Positions 27,499 through 41,300 of a DNA stretch of 64,000 nt are shown piece after piece; within the stretch, counting starts at the first letter, position 1, and the number at the start of each line of letters is the position of its first letter. The DNA is from Eledone cirrhosa (Eukaryota), in the NCBI GenBank assembly GCA_964016885.1, contig OZ024742.1, forward strand, positions 281,976,001 through 282,040,000, read 5' to 3'. The position numbers were made by a program, and so were the translations under genes. The notes under the pieces were generated by a model. That model was given only the letters and a program-made list of their open reading frames with translations. It ran no database searches and was not told the DNA's origin.

Positions 27499-27499
<1 letters not shown>
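27235..27499 (-). mobile_element. Sister copy of the 9110 fold-back family (short second arm)
   Basis: Same tail (ggaggaa..tagttcacttgaagc) and same fold-back point (ccaagtca/tga.ttgg). Confidence 0.8.
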
Positions 27500-27530
<31 letters not shown>

Positions 27531-30328
27531 TTCGTTTCTGAATTTGTTTACCAAGATTCTTTATCTGAGAGCGTGTGTTGAAACCGATATTGTTATACTT
27601 TGGGAGGGTCATGTTGCCAATAAGAAACACACGCACCAGTTGCTTCATTTCAATTTATTATAATAAATTTATAAATTTAGGAATTTATAAATTTCCGGTT
27701 GGTTGGTTGGTTCCACAACCAGATGGTTGTTTATATATTGTCAAAGTTCTTTCGTCACACATTCTGTGACCTCTTCAGTGACTGGGGATTCTTTTCTTTG
27801 TTTTTTGTGCTTCTCCTTTGTTCTGACCTACGCCATCTTGTTTTTGTGTGTTGTGTGGTTAGTTTGCGCATGTGTTACATCCGGGTATCTGTGTGTGTTT
27901 ATATTCGTTTATTTATTTGTTTATTTACATGTTACTGGCTGGTTGTTTGTTCCATGTGCGTGTGTGTTTTCATTTTGTCCTTAATTGTAAGTTGTGATGT
28001 TGCTGTTCCACTCATGTTTTCTATTTAATTTTTGTTGTAATTCATTTATGTTTATTGCCTCTGTGATTTGTCTAAACATTGCGTCTTTTCTTTGTGTAGA
28101 TTCTATTTTTATTTCTATGTTTTCTAATTTACCCTTATGTTCTATTTTAGCATGTTGGTAGAGTACAGATGATTCTTTACTAGCTTGAAGGTCTCGCCAG
28201 TGTTCATTTATCCGTTCTCCTTTACTACGAGCTGTCTCACCTATGTACACTATATTTTTATCTCTACATTGTCCTTCAGTACATCTTATGTTATATACTA
28301 CATTTCTAGTTTTACAGTTATTATGGGGGTATAATTTACAGATTATACATTTCTTATCTATACAGGCAGGTCTTTGAAAAGGGTATGTCTTGCTAATATG
28401 TGTTTTTGATGGAGGTACCTGGTCTTTCTACTATCTTAATATTGAGTTTATGTTTATCTAGGGCCTTTCTAAATTTGTAAGCTAATTCACTTCTAGGGGT
28501 TGTATCGATGAACATTACACTCTGGTATTTATTGCTATCATACCATGAGTTTATTCTATTAGCCTTATTCCTACTTCTTTCTATTCTATTCCAAAATTTG
28601 CTCCTATACAAGGGGCAGCTCCCATTTGTGTCATTATTTACCATTTTTTCCCATTTGGTTCTGGCTCCTCTATACACTCTGATTTTATTTCTCTGATTGT
28701 AACCAGAGAACTGCATACGGTGGATGAAGTGTTGTATGTGTCTCTCTTGTTCTTCGGGGTTGCACATGCGGGACACGTTTCTCATCACCCGTACCAAATC
28801 CGCAATCAGTATGTTGATTTTGGTATGGTCCGAAACAGCTGAGTTTCGGTGGATCAGATATTAGGAAGTCATGGGTTTGGCATAATGGGAATGAGGATTT
28901 GTTTTTTGTTATTAATGATATCTAACCAGAGCTCTGTGTCTAGTACAGGTAATCGATGGTTGGGGTGTTTGCTTGGGTAGTCTATAGTAACTTTAATACT
29001 CTGGTGGATGGAGTTAGCTATTTGCTGGATGCTTTCCATTGTGTTTTTCTCTAATTCCTGACTGTTCTCTACGGGGGGTGTTTTAACTACGATGTTTATA
29101 TCATCAACGTAGCGGGAGTACATTATCAGGGTTAAGGGGTCTTCTAATTGTTCTTTAAGTTTAAGTTTAAGTCTACTGTCCCACCATACAATGAATAGGT
29201 TAGCTATGTAGCCTGCAATGCTAACACCAATGGCTGCTCCCTCCTCTTGGGCATATGTTTTTCCGTTAAATTTGAACATATGTTCCTTAAGGGTTAATTT
29301 TATGCTGGCCCCCACCGCATGTGCAATCATTTTCTTTAGTTCATCGTGGTTTTCGGGGGTCCGCATGGTTCTGGTCCACAATGGCCAAGAAAACCCACAC
29401 ATATAGATGGAACGGGTGGACCAGAGGTGAATTAGCTTACAAATTTAGAAAGGCCCTAGATAAACATAAACTCAATATTAAGAGAGTAGAAAGACCAGGT
29501 ACCTCCATAAAAACACTTATTAGCAAGACATACCCTTTTCAAAGACCTGCCTGTATAGATAAGAAATGTATAATCTGTAAATTATACCCCATATTAACTG
29601 TAAAACTAGAAATGTAGTGTATAACATAAGATGTACTGAAGGACAATGTAGAGATAAAAATATAGTGTACATAGGTGAGACAGCTCGTAGTAAAGGAGAA
29701 CGGATAAATGAACACTGGCGAGACCTTCAAGCTAGTAAAGAATCATCTGTACTCTACCAACATGCTAAAATAGAACATAAGGGTAAATTAGAAAACATAG
29801 AAATAAAAATAGAATCTACACAAAGAAAAGACGCAATGTTTAGACAAATCACAGAGGCAATAAACATAAATGAATTACAACGAAAATTAAATAGAAAACA
29901 TGAGTGGAACAGCAACATCACAACTTACAATTAAGGACAAAATGAAAACACACACGCACATAGAACAAACAACCAACTAGTAACATGTAAATAAACAAAT
30001 AAATAAACGAATATAAACACACACAGACACCCAGATGTAACACATGCGCAAACTAAGCACACAACACACAAAGACAAGATGGCGTAGGTCAGAACAAAGG
30101 AGAAGCACAAAAAACAAAGAAAAGAATCCCCAGTCACTGAAGAGGTCACAGAATGTGTGACGAAAGAACTTTGACAATATATAAACAACCATCTGGTTGT
30201 GGAACCAACCAACCAACCGGAAATTTATAAATTCCTAAATTTATAAATTTATTATAATAAATTGAAGTGAAACAACTGGTGCGTGTGTTTCTTATTGGCA
30301 ACCTGACCCTCCCAAAGCATAACAATAT
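27531..30328. mobile_element. Penelope-like element B (related to A), 5'-truncated with a 0.9-kb inverted duplication
   Basis: Minus-strand RT (RYVDDI, LPVLD) and YIGETAR with frameshifts. Arms 27587-28494 and 29423-30328, tail 27531-27586. HHRs at 27740-27782(-) and 30133-30175(+). Confidence 0.9.
30133..30175 (+). ncRNA. Minimal hammerhead in PLE B pLTR
   Basis: GUCA CUGAAGA G GUCACA gaaug UGUGAC GAAAG AA CUU UGAC. Confidence 0.75.
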
Positions 30329-30336
30329 ATATATAT

Positions 30337-30382
<46 letters not shown>

Positions 30383-31253
30383 TTATATTATATTATATTA
30401 TATTAATATTAAAATATATATATAATATATATTATATCGAAACTTGTTTTACGGATTTGTATAACAAAACTTTAATCATGCTCTGAATGACGAACTCATA
30501 TACGGTGTACAGAAGCAATATTTTTGTTACTAATAGAGACATTTTACTTCCAGGTTTCTCCATAATATACAGTCCATATTAATAACAAATATATATATTT
30601 ACACATAATATCCTGAGTCAAGAACAGCTGATACAGTAAAAACAATTACAGAAATCGACTGCTGTCGCTGTAATTGATTTTTCTATACCCTAGTCCGGGT
30701 GGCTCACTATGCTAGAAAGCATTATATTAGTTATTATTATTGTTTGCCTTAGGTTTAATGTTGTGATTTCAAGTAGTGTTAATAACATTGTCCACTGTTC
30801 CCGTGGTAAAGATTGGGGAGGTTGGAGTTTGGTACAAATTCTAGAGTTGATGTGGTTGATGAAAATATTATTAATATATGTGAGTACATATCTACATATA
30901 TATTTTTTTTAATAATTGAATGCTTTTAGATATTTTCATATGATCATCCTGGCTCACTGCTGATATTGTCTGTGTGTGGTCTGGTTGGTATAGAGGTGGG
31001 TGAAAGTGAACATATATACGCGCATATGCATACATAGATACCTATGTTGCCGTCTGCATGTTATATGGAATGTCAAATGTAGTTTCAGGCCTAAGTATAG
31101 TATAGGGTGTATTCGGCCTAAAATTAAGTCAGTTTTCCTGGTTTTCTAGCGTTAAGTGTGTCGTTTACGTATATTTAACATGTTTACATATCTATATACT
31201 AGAAATGTGTAAATTGATATATATATTTACTCAATCTCGTTTACTTCTGTTCT

Positions 31254-31315
<62 letters not shown>

Positions 31316-31317
<2 letters not shown>

Positions 31318-31785
31318 TAGCCATCGAACAATGCTAGAAAATGACTTGGAACATATTATAATAAAAATCAAAATTTTATCCCTAAGAGAGGAAATTGGAA
31401 CGTTACCTAGTGAAGGTTCCTTAAACCCTGGTGAAGGGTTTAAGGAACCTTCACTAGATAACTTCAACTTTTAGGTCCCGAAATATTGTACAGTTTTCTC
31501 CTCGGTCACTTACATACATGTGCCATTGTCCTGTGTTCCCCCCACCTTCTATCGGTATGTTTACTTCGTTTTTACGTTCTTTTCCTTTTTTTTCTTCTTC
31601 CCTTTTTCTTTCTTCCTCTCTCTCCACTATCACTTGTTTCCATCATGGGCTTTTGATAGATAAAAGGTCATTGGCGCGCTATGAAATGCTGTTCTGTTTT
31701 AAGCGCCGAAACATCCAAGACCCATAGTAATCAGCTGACGACGGAAACTTTTCTTCTCTTGTTTGTGTCCCGATTACCTTCTAAC

Positions 31786-31788
<3 letters not shown>
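31316..31788. mobile_element. TA-embedded element with an internal 61-bp hairpin (31402-31462)
   Basis: gttacctagtgaaggttccttaaaccct ggtga agggtttaaggaaccttcactagataac. Confidence 0.5.
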
Positions 31789-31875
<87 letters not shown>

Positions 31876-32152
31876 TGAAAGAGATAGAAGGTTAAACAAT
31901 GTAGATATAAATAATTGCAATACAATTTATTATGTGCCTTATTATGTCTCCATATATATATATATATATATATATATATGGGGAGAGAGAGAGAGAGGTA
32001 GAACACTGGAAAGTAATATCCGTAGTGGTAGAGCACTCAGTCCATGTGACGAGTTTGGTAAAAGTAGTAAGACAACAGTTAGTTAAGGTGAAACATTTGT
32101 TCTCGGTATGGTGAACTAACTGTTGTGTTACTACTTCTATACATATATATAT

Positions 32153-32349
32153 ATCGGAAAAGGTTTGACCCCGACGGCAGAGCTGAAGCCGTTTCGACGG
32201 CTTTTTCTGGACTCCAGAAATACCCGGCGAAAAGGCTTGAGCTCTGCCGTCAGGGTCAAACATTTTCCTATTACCCACTCTACTACCCTAAGTATTGAGT
32301 ACTCTGGAGCGTTAAGGTCCATCTGGTTCCTTACCACAACTCCTTCGTT
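32153..32349 (+). mobile_element. Family H fold-back copy
   Basis: Hairpin 32153-32271 plus tail ..ggttccttaccacaactccttcgtt. Confidence 0.8.
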
Positions 32350-32354
32350 ATTTT

Positions 32355-32441
<87 letters not shown>

Positions 32442-32542
32442 GTGTGTGTTTGCGTGTGTGTGTGTGTGTGTATACATTACCTATTGAGAACGCTGAGATA
32501 CAACCGGTCCTAGCATTGATAAATATGCTGGTCCCCTCAACT

Positions 32543-32598
<56 letters not shown>

Positions 32599-32737
32599 CT
32601 AATAATAATAAATTTGAAGACTAAAATCCAAAGAGGGCTCGATAAAGGTTTCAGAAGATCCTGTTAAGGGTGAAAGCAGCGATGTTTTGCTTAAACTTTA
32701 ATCTGTTATTTTAATAAATATATATATATATATATAT

Positions 32738-32921
32738 ATAGGAAAAAGTATGACGCCGACGGCAGAGCTCAAGCCGTTTCGACGGCTATTTCTGGACTGT
32801 CAAAACGGCTTGAGCTCTGCCGTCGGGGGTCATACTTTTTCCTATTTCCCACTCTACTACCCTAAGTATTGAGTATTCTGGTGCGTTATGGTCCATCTGG
32901 TTCCTTACCACATTTCCTTTG

Positions 32922-32923
<2 letters not shown>
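32738..32923 (+). mobile_element. Family H fold-back copy
   Basis: Hairpin ggaaaaagtatgac..gtcatactttttcc plus tail. Confidence 0.8.
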
Positions 32924-32961
<38 letters not shown>

Positions 32962-33237
32962 AAAAGAATGAAACGAAATTTCATTTCTCACTCTTAGTAC
33001 GGCTGGTACTTAAATGTAAGTATGTATGGATACGTACATACATATATGTATACAGACGTACAGTAGTATGTATATATATATACATACATGCACACATATA
33101 TATATATATATATGTATGTATGGGTTTACCGAACATTTATTATAATGCTCGGTTTGTTAGTAAACAAACAGTCCGAATTACGCCGTACAGTGTTCAGGCA
33201 ACCATCGTCACCTTTCTGTTCAACACTGACACGGGAA

Positions 33238-33278
33238 CGATGTACTAGTTTCAAGCTTATTAGCTATCGTCAGCATCG
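33238..33278 (-). ncRNA. Canonical minimal type I hammerhead (PLE type) in a solo pLTR at about 33122-33375
   Basis: Reverse complement reads CGAUG CUGACGA U AGCU aaua AGCU U GAAAC UA GUA CAUCG, with palindromic stem III ACUAGU. Confidence 0.85.
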
Positions 33279-33374
33279 TATACCTTTCTGTCAGATGGTT
33301 GAACGTCTAAAAGTATATATTTTCCTTATGCATATTAACGGTTGAGCAGCCTAATTTGCATATCAAGCGAGTTA

Positions 33375-33444
<70 letters not shown>

Positions 33445-33476
33445 TAACGTCTATATATATATAGACGTTCAACCAG

Positions 33477-33509
<33 letters not shown>

Positions 33510-33636
33510 ATAAAAGTGCTGCGTGGTTGCAAATGGGTTACATATGAATAAAGTGGTCCTTCATCAGTGATCTTCCAACCATCATGGGTATTTCTTCGCT
33601 TTAAAGACCATATATATATATATACAGTATATATAT

Positions 33637-33825
33637 AACGAAGGAAATGTGGTATGGAACCAGGTGGACCATAACGCACCAAAGTACTCAATACTTAGGG
33701 TAGTAGAGTGGGTAATAGGAACAAGTAAGACCCCGACGGCTGAGCTCAAGCCGTTTCGACGGCTAATTCAGTCCAGAATTAGCCGTCGAAACGGCTTGAG
33801 CTCAGCCATCGGGGTCTTACCTGTT

Positions 33826-33830
<5 letters not shown>
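33637..33830 (-). mobile_element. Family H fold-back copy
   Basis: Tail 33637-33714 plus hairpin 33715-33830. Confidence 0.82.
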
Positions 33831-33890
<60 letters not shown>

Positions 33891-33891
<1 letters not shown>

Positions 33892-34251
33892 CACGGGTGT
33901 GTATGATTGTGTATAGAAGATTATATTAATAAGAGGAATTCCAACTTTTGTCTGATTTACTCGTTTTATTTATAATCCTTTAAAATTTATAATGGTATTA
34001 TAATTAAATAGTATGATAGAATATTAAATTCTAAGTGTTAATTGAACAAATACTTTCATGCTTTCGCAATCTTCAGGTTCATAATATGTGGTGACAGTCA
34101 AGTTTGCGATTTTCAACTGTCTAGTACTTGTTCAATTAACACTTAGAATTTAATATTCTATCATACTATTCCATTATAATACCATTATAAATTTTAAAGG
34201 ATTGTAAATAAAACGAGTAAATCAGACAAAGTTGGAATTCCTCTTATTAAT
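33891..34251. mobile_element. Fold-back pLTR element with HHR at 34043-34081(-)
   Basis: Arms about 33926-34054 and 34125-34251. Reverse complement reads UGAAC CUGAAGA U UGC GAAA GCA U GAAAG UA UUU GUUCA. Confidence 0.8.
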
Positions 34252-34270
34252 ATATATATATATATATATA

Positions 34271-34878
34271 TTTCGTTTCTGAATTTGTTTAGCAAGATTC
34301 TTTATCTGAAATCGTGTGTTGAAACCGATATTGTTATACTTTGGGAGGGTCATGTTGCCAATAAGAAACACACGCACCAGTTGCTTTCACTTCAATTTAT
34401 TATATATTTATAAATTTATAAATTTACAAATCTACAAACTTATAAATTTCTGGTTGGTTGGTTGGTTCCACAACCAGATAGTTGTTTATATATATAGTCA
34501 TAGTCCTTTCGTCACACACTCTGTGACCTCTTCCATGACTAGGGATTCCTTTCTTCGTTTCTGTGCCTTTTCTTTCTTCTATCCTACGCCATTTTGAAAA
34601 TGGCGTAGGATAGAAGAAAGAAAAGGCACAGAAAGAAAAGGCACAGAAACGAAGAAAGGAATCCCCAGTCACTGAAGAGGTCACAGAGTGTGTGACGAAA
34701 GGACTATGACTATATATATAAACAACTATCTGGTTGTAGAACCAACCAACCAACCAGAAATTTATAAGTTTGTAGATTTGTAAATTTATAAATTTATAAA
34801 TATATAATAAATTGAAGTGAGACAACTGGTGCGTGTGTTTCTTATTGGCAACATGACCCTCCCAAAGTATAACAATAT
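34271..34878. mobile_element. Fold-back of PLE B-family pLTR (no ORF)
   Basis: Arms 34328-34595 and 34597-34878, tail 34271-34327. Intact HHR at 34667-34711(+): AGUCA CUGAAGA..GAAAG GA CUA UGACU. Confidence 0.88.
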
Positions 34879-35003
34879 ATATATATATATAACGAATAAA
34901 TGCATGTATTTTTCTGGCAATCTTTGACAAAGGTTCGTTTCATTCATTATTCTTTACCTATTATTGAACAAATCTGTATTTATTTCTTACACTGACTAGC
35001 ACG

Positions 35004-35045
<42 letters not shown>

Positions 35046-35375
35046 CCCACCCTCTCTCTCTTTATTTATGTATTTATTTCTATCTGTCCATCTCTTTAGC
35101 TGTGCCTTGTTCTCTCTACTCATTCCTTCTGTAATGCGCTCAACCAAAGTCGTGCCTCTGCCTGTCTATGGATTTATTAGTGTACGAAAATGGATAAAGA
35201 CAAAGTTGTGATTTTGTGCGTGTGATAGAGATGAAGTATATGTGTATGTTGCATATAAATATGTAAACCTGATCTGTGAGAATATGTAAGAATGTTTGTG
35301 TATGCATATTAATATATAAATATACGTACACATACTCACACACACATGTATGTATACACATACACACTTATGTAA

Positions 35376-35409
<34 letters not shown>

Positions 35410-35446
35410 ATATGTACACGCACCTACACATATGTATATTTATATA

Positions 35447-35511
<65 letters not shown>

Positions 35512-35638
35512 GCATACATACATAAATAGTTATAGACAAATGTGAGAAAAGTAGCTATATAATACGTACGTATATAAAGTTATATCTGTATGCATACAGA
35601 AATAACACGCATGTATGTATATACACACACAAACACAC

Positions 35639-35716
<78 letters not shown>

Positions 35717-36178
35717 ACCCAAATTTACATATATGAGTGTATATAACCTGACCTACCTACCTGTACGTACATTCAAGAAAGGAAGAAAAATATATATAGC
35801 AATTGAGAGATTTTTATCGCATTTTATTATCCTTATATTGCGTTTAATGTTCTTATTGTTGTTGTTTGAAAAGGGTGTTGGGAAGCGAATGAAACGGGTT
35901 TCTGATAAAACATTCAGTAATGGGGTGAGAAGGGAGTGTAATAATAGGGAGACTCACAGCTGCGAGTCCTTTGATCTTCGTGGCCCCTTCACCGATAAAC
36001 TTCAGGAGAGAAAGAAGGAGCAATGAACATAAAGAAAAAGTTAATTTTCATTATTTTTATTGTTGTCGTTGTTGTAGTATTTGGTGGGTCATTTGACGAT
36101 GTTGATGCTGATAATGATATGGTTATGGTTGTCACACACATACTCATACACCCTCACGTGTATATATATATATATATA

Positions 36179-36230
<52 letters not shown>

Positions 36231-36452
36231 GTCGTCAAGTATGAAATTTGTTGAATAAAAACAAATTTCTACAAATTTCATACTTGACGACCATATATAT
36301 ATATATATTTATATATATATATAAGGTCGTTATATATATATTTTCATTCATATATATATATATATTTATATTTTCTTTTGCAATATATATACAGATGTGT
36401 TGGTATCTGTGTTTCATCACATACATATTAATTTATATTTATATATATATAT

Positions 36453-36650
36453 CTGAATGAAAATAGACCGAGATAGAGACTGTCCATCATCACTGTTCTG
36501 CTGATTATCACTGGTATTTCTTCGCATTAAAGACCAGGTAAATACCAATGATAATCACCAGACAACTGATGATGGACAGTCCCGTTTCTCGGTCTATTTT
36601 CATTCCTATGTATCACATTCGCCACAACGCAGCACGCCATTTTTTCATTC
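36453..36650 (+). mobile_element. Fold-back element of a further family (relatives at 33505-33610 and 52600-52677); separate mini hairpin at 36229-36292
   Basis: gaatgaaaatagaccgaga..ggtattt is inverted to aaatacc..tctcggtctattttcattc, followed by a tail. Confidence 0.65.
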
Positions 36651-36661
36651 ATATATATATA

Positions 36662-36769
<108 letters not shown>

Positions 36770-37287
36770 TGTGTGTCTGTGTGTGTGTGTGTGTTTAAAG
36801 CATAGACAGAAATGAACTTCCGTCAATTTCGACAATTTCGGTCTACTCGTTAAATTAACATGTAAGTTAATGGCTACCACGTGACTGTAACCATAACGTC
36901 ATTCTCGGAGACTCGGCATGACACGGTGTGTGACAAGGCATTCCCATTTGTATTAAAGGAACAGTCGATTCGGCTGGTTTCCTGACTGCTTCCGTCTACT
37001 GTATTTCACTCACAAATCTTGCTTTCAAAAGAGGTTTTGAGAGAAGCCACCGATCTAAGAGGTCACTCAATGAAACCGAACCCAGTACTCGTTTAATTGA
37101 TTTTTTTGTGTGGTTAATTATGCTGATTGGGAGAGGAAATACTGTATATATTTTATCAAACGATTCTATGGACTTACTTTCTTATATATTGCTCTGATTG
37201 TTGATTATTTAATTAATTAATTCGTCATTGAGTCACACCGTGAATGGTTACCAAAACACATATATATATCTATGGCTCTGTCTAGTT

Positions 37288-37319
<32 letters not shown>

Positions 37320-37320
37320 A

Positions 37321-37848
<528 letters not shown>

Positions 37849-37944
37849 AGAGAGAGAGAGAGAGAGAGTGAGAGAGAGAGAGAGAGTGAGAGAGAGAGAG
37901 AGAGTGAGAGATAGAAATAGATTGATAGATAGATAGATGGATAT

Positions 37945-38053
37945 AACGAAGGAAGTGTGGTAAGTAACAAGGTGGACCATAATGCACCAAAGTACTCGAT
38001 ACTGGGTAGTAGAGTGTGAAATAGGAAAAGAGTCGGGTCCTGACTCTTCCTAT
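37945..38053 (-). mobile_element. Family H copy with short hairpin
   Basis: Tail plus ataggaaaagagtcgggtcctgactcttcctat. Confidence 0.75.
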
Positions 38054-38159
38054 ATATATATATATATATGTGTGTGTATGTGTGTGTGTGGGGGGGAGGT
38101 GCATGTATGTATATATGTATATATATCTGTGTGTATTAGTGTATGTGAGGTCACTCTTG

Positions 38160-38335
38160 AGTGCTACTGGTAACATGTAAACCATTACAACCTGTCGCAT
38201 GGTCGGGTCGTCGGCGACTAAACTGGCAACCCCATCAAGTTTACTTGGTGAGGAGGGTGATTTTGGACACCCTGCAGGACAAAAAAACCACACCTGACAA
38301 AGGGCGGAAGAACTGATAACAGTCAACGGCCTTCC
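38160..38335. repeat. Interspersed repeat (probably LINE-derived); inverted relative at about 46980-47115
   Basis: Shared ggcgactaaactggcaacccca..ggtgaggagggtga.tttggaca.cctgcaggac. Confidence 0.6.
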
Positions 38336-38397
38336 AAAAATGTGTAAATATGTATATACACATGTACATATGTATGTGTATGTATATACATGTGTAT

Positions 38398-41300
38398 ATG
38401 CCTGGGGTGTCAGGGCGGGGCATGTACCTATGTAGGGGGGGGGCGACCCGGCGGAGTGATTGGAGGAGGACAACATCGTCCCAACGGTCACGAAGGTGGC
38501 GACAGCAAGTGGTGTGGAGCGCTAGGCCACGGCAAGGCACTACAGACGTCGTGGCTATCTACTGCAGCCAAGGCAGTCCCTGATCGTGACGGTCCTCCGT
38601 ACCACCGGATTCTGGTTTCTGCGGCCGAGTGAGTGGGACCGTCACTGTGCACTGGCCCTCCCACTATAAACCTTTCCCGCACAGGTTTCTTCTTTAGCGT
38701 GCACTCCCAAAGCCCTGCGGCGATGGGCGAGAGGCGGAGGTAACAGGGGAAGGTAATCTCTGGGAGTTGCCGGTCTCAAACCTACACGTGGGCGGCCTGG
38801 ATACGCAAGTCGTTCTCCTTCTGACCCTGGGATGACAGAGGAGATCAGGCGTTCCACCGGGCGACTGAGCAGCCCTTTTCAGGGGAGCACTTCTCACCCT
38901 CGCACGAGAGGAGGGGCGATAAAAGGAGCACTAACCAAATGCACGTCCCACACAAAGCCGGCAAGTCTACCGCGGCTGGCGGTTTTACCCTTCTAAGCGG
39001 TCGAAACGAACATAATAGAAAGAAGGACTTGATTCTTGGCGCATGGAATGTGCGCACTCTCATGAAAAGGGAAACCTCCTTGAGGCCAGAGAGAAGAACT
39101 GCCCTCATAGCGAGGGAATTATATCGCTCCCGCATCGACATAGCCGCCCTCAGCGAGAGTAGACTCGCCGAAGAAGGATCGATAGCAGAACCGAAAGGAG
39201 GCTACACCTTCTTCTGGAAGGGCAATGCAAAGGACGAGGACAGAATCCACGGGGTAAGCTTGGCCATCAGTACTTCGTTCTGCAAGCAGCCACCAGACCT
39301 CCAAACACCTGTGAGTGAGCGGCTGATGAAGCGCCGGTTCCCTCTCGACCCATCTCGGCATGTCACAGTCATCAGCGCGTACGCAGTCATCAACGCACCC
39401 GTGAATGGCGTCCCGCCAAGCGATAAAATCATCATACTGGGGCACTTCAACGCAAGAGTCGGGTCTAACAGCAGCAACTGGAGAGGCGTGCTGGGACCTC
39501 ATGGCACAGGGAAGCTGAACTCTAACGGCCTCATACTGTTGAGTTTCTGCGCTGAGAACGACCTCACCATCACCAGCACTCTGTTCCGCCAGGCAGAAAA
39601 GTTCAAGACGACATGGATGCACCCCAGATCCAAACAGTGGCATCTGATTGACTTTGCCATATGCCGTGACGTCAGAATCACCAGGGCCATGCGTGGTGCA
39701 AAGTGTTGGACCGACCATCGCCTTGTCACGACCATCCTGTCCTGCATATCACCCCGACGCATCGCAAGTCACCGAAAGTCTGTAGGCCAGCTTTCGACGT
39801 CGCACAACTCAAGCAGCCAGAGCATCGTGATGCGTTCGCGGAAGACCTGGACGGCCGGCTGACTGCCCATGGACCACTGACCGGACCCCCAACTCAATAG
39901 TGGGACCAGTTCAGGTTGCTGGTGACAGAGTCAGCCAAGGCAGCTATCGGGCTGAGGAAGAGTGTCCACCAGGACTGGTTTGATGAAAACGATGAGCGCA
40001 TCAGACATCTCCTGGACGAGAAGAGGAGGGCTTTCACTGAGTGGCAGAATGACAGTTCCTCCACCTCGAACCGCGACCGCTTCAAACACCTCCAGATGTA
40101 GACCCAAGCAGCGCTACGCAGAATGCAGGACAAGTGGTGGGGAAAAAAGGCCGAAGAAGTCGAGAGATACGCTGAGACAAAGAACTCCAGGATGTTCTTC
40201 AGCACCATCGGGGACGTCTACGGATCCCCAATCCTGTCACTACACCGCTGCTGTCTGCTGACGGCTCGCTCCTGCTGAAGGAGAAGAGGTGGAGAGAGCA
40301 CTTCAGCAACCTGCTCAACAGGCCCTCCACTCTCGACGCTACCGCCCTCGACCAGGTCGCACAGAAGCCCGTAGTCCGCAGCCTCAACCTAACCCCCCAC
40401 CCCCCACCCCCACCCCCACGTTGGATGAAGTCACGAAGGCAATCAACCAGGCCAGCTCAGGAAAGGCCCCTGGGATGGACGGGATTCCTGCCGAGATCTT
40501 CAAGTCGGCCGGTCCAGCTGCACTGGGGGCCTTCCACACCCTCCTCGTCAGCATATGGGAGGAAGAAGAGATACCTAAGGACTTCAGGGATGCCACAGTT
40601 GTCTCGCTTTTTAAGAACAAAGGCAGCAAAACTGACTGTGGCAACTATCGGGGCATTTCTCTCCTGTCCATCGCTGGGAAGGTCCTGGCACGGGTCATGC
40701 TCAACCGCCTCATTACCAACATCTTGGAGGACAACCTGCCTGAGCTCAGTGTGGGTTCCGCCCAAACCGCAGCACGATCGACATGATCTTTGTACGCCGG
40801 GTGCAGGAGAAGTGTGTCGAGCAGAACATGGACTTCTTTGCCGTTTTCATAGTCTTGACGAAGGTCTTCGACACTGTTAACAGAGTAGCCCTCTGACGAT
40901 CCTGTCGAAGTTTGGATGCCCGATGTCGAAGTTTGGATGAACCTGATACGGCAATTCCATGACGACATGACCGGGCAGGTGCGCTCTGGCGGAGAGGCAT
41001 CGGAGCCGTTCGGAATCACCAACGGCGTCAAGCATGGATGCGTGCTGGCTCCTGTCCTCTTCAACCTGTTCTTCATCTGCGTGCTCAATCATGCCGTCGA
41101 GGACCTCGAGCACGGAGTGTATCTGCGATACAGACTGGACGGCTCCCTGTTTGACCTGCGGCGTCTGACGGCGAAGACAAGGACCGTGTAGAGGATCGTC
41201 CTGGAGGCACCTTTTGCTGACGACTGTGCTCTCATGGATCACAGGGAGTTTGACCTCCAAGCCATCGTCAACAAGTTCGCGGAGGCCTCCTGGCTCTTCG

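Noticed and set aside
21115-30328. Long inverted repeats as sequencing fold-back artefacts
   Set aside because: The arms carry substitutions and indels, the flanks are unique, and the same tail asymmetry recurs in independent copies. Not fully excluded without reads.
33505-33610. CUGAUGA with an upstream GAAAU as a permuted (type II) hammerhead (also 36565 and 52605)
   Set aside because: I could not form stem III and an NUH triplet consistently across the copies.
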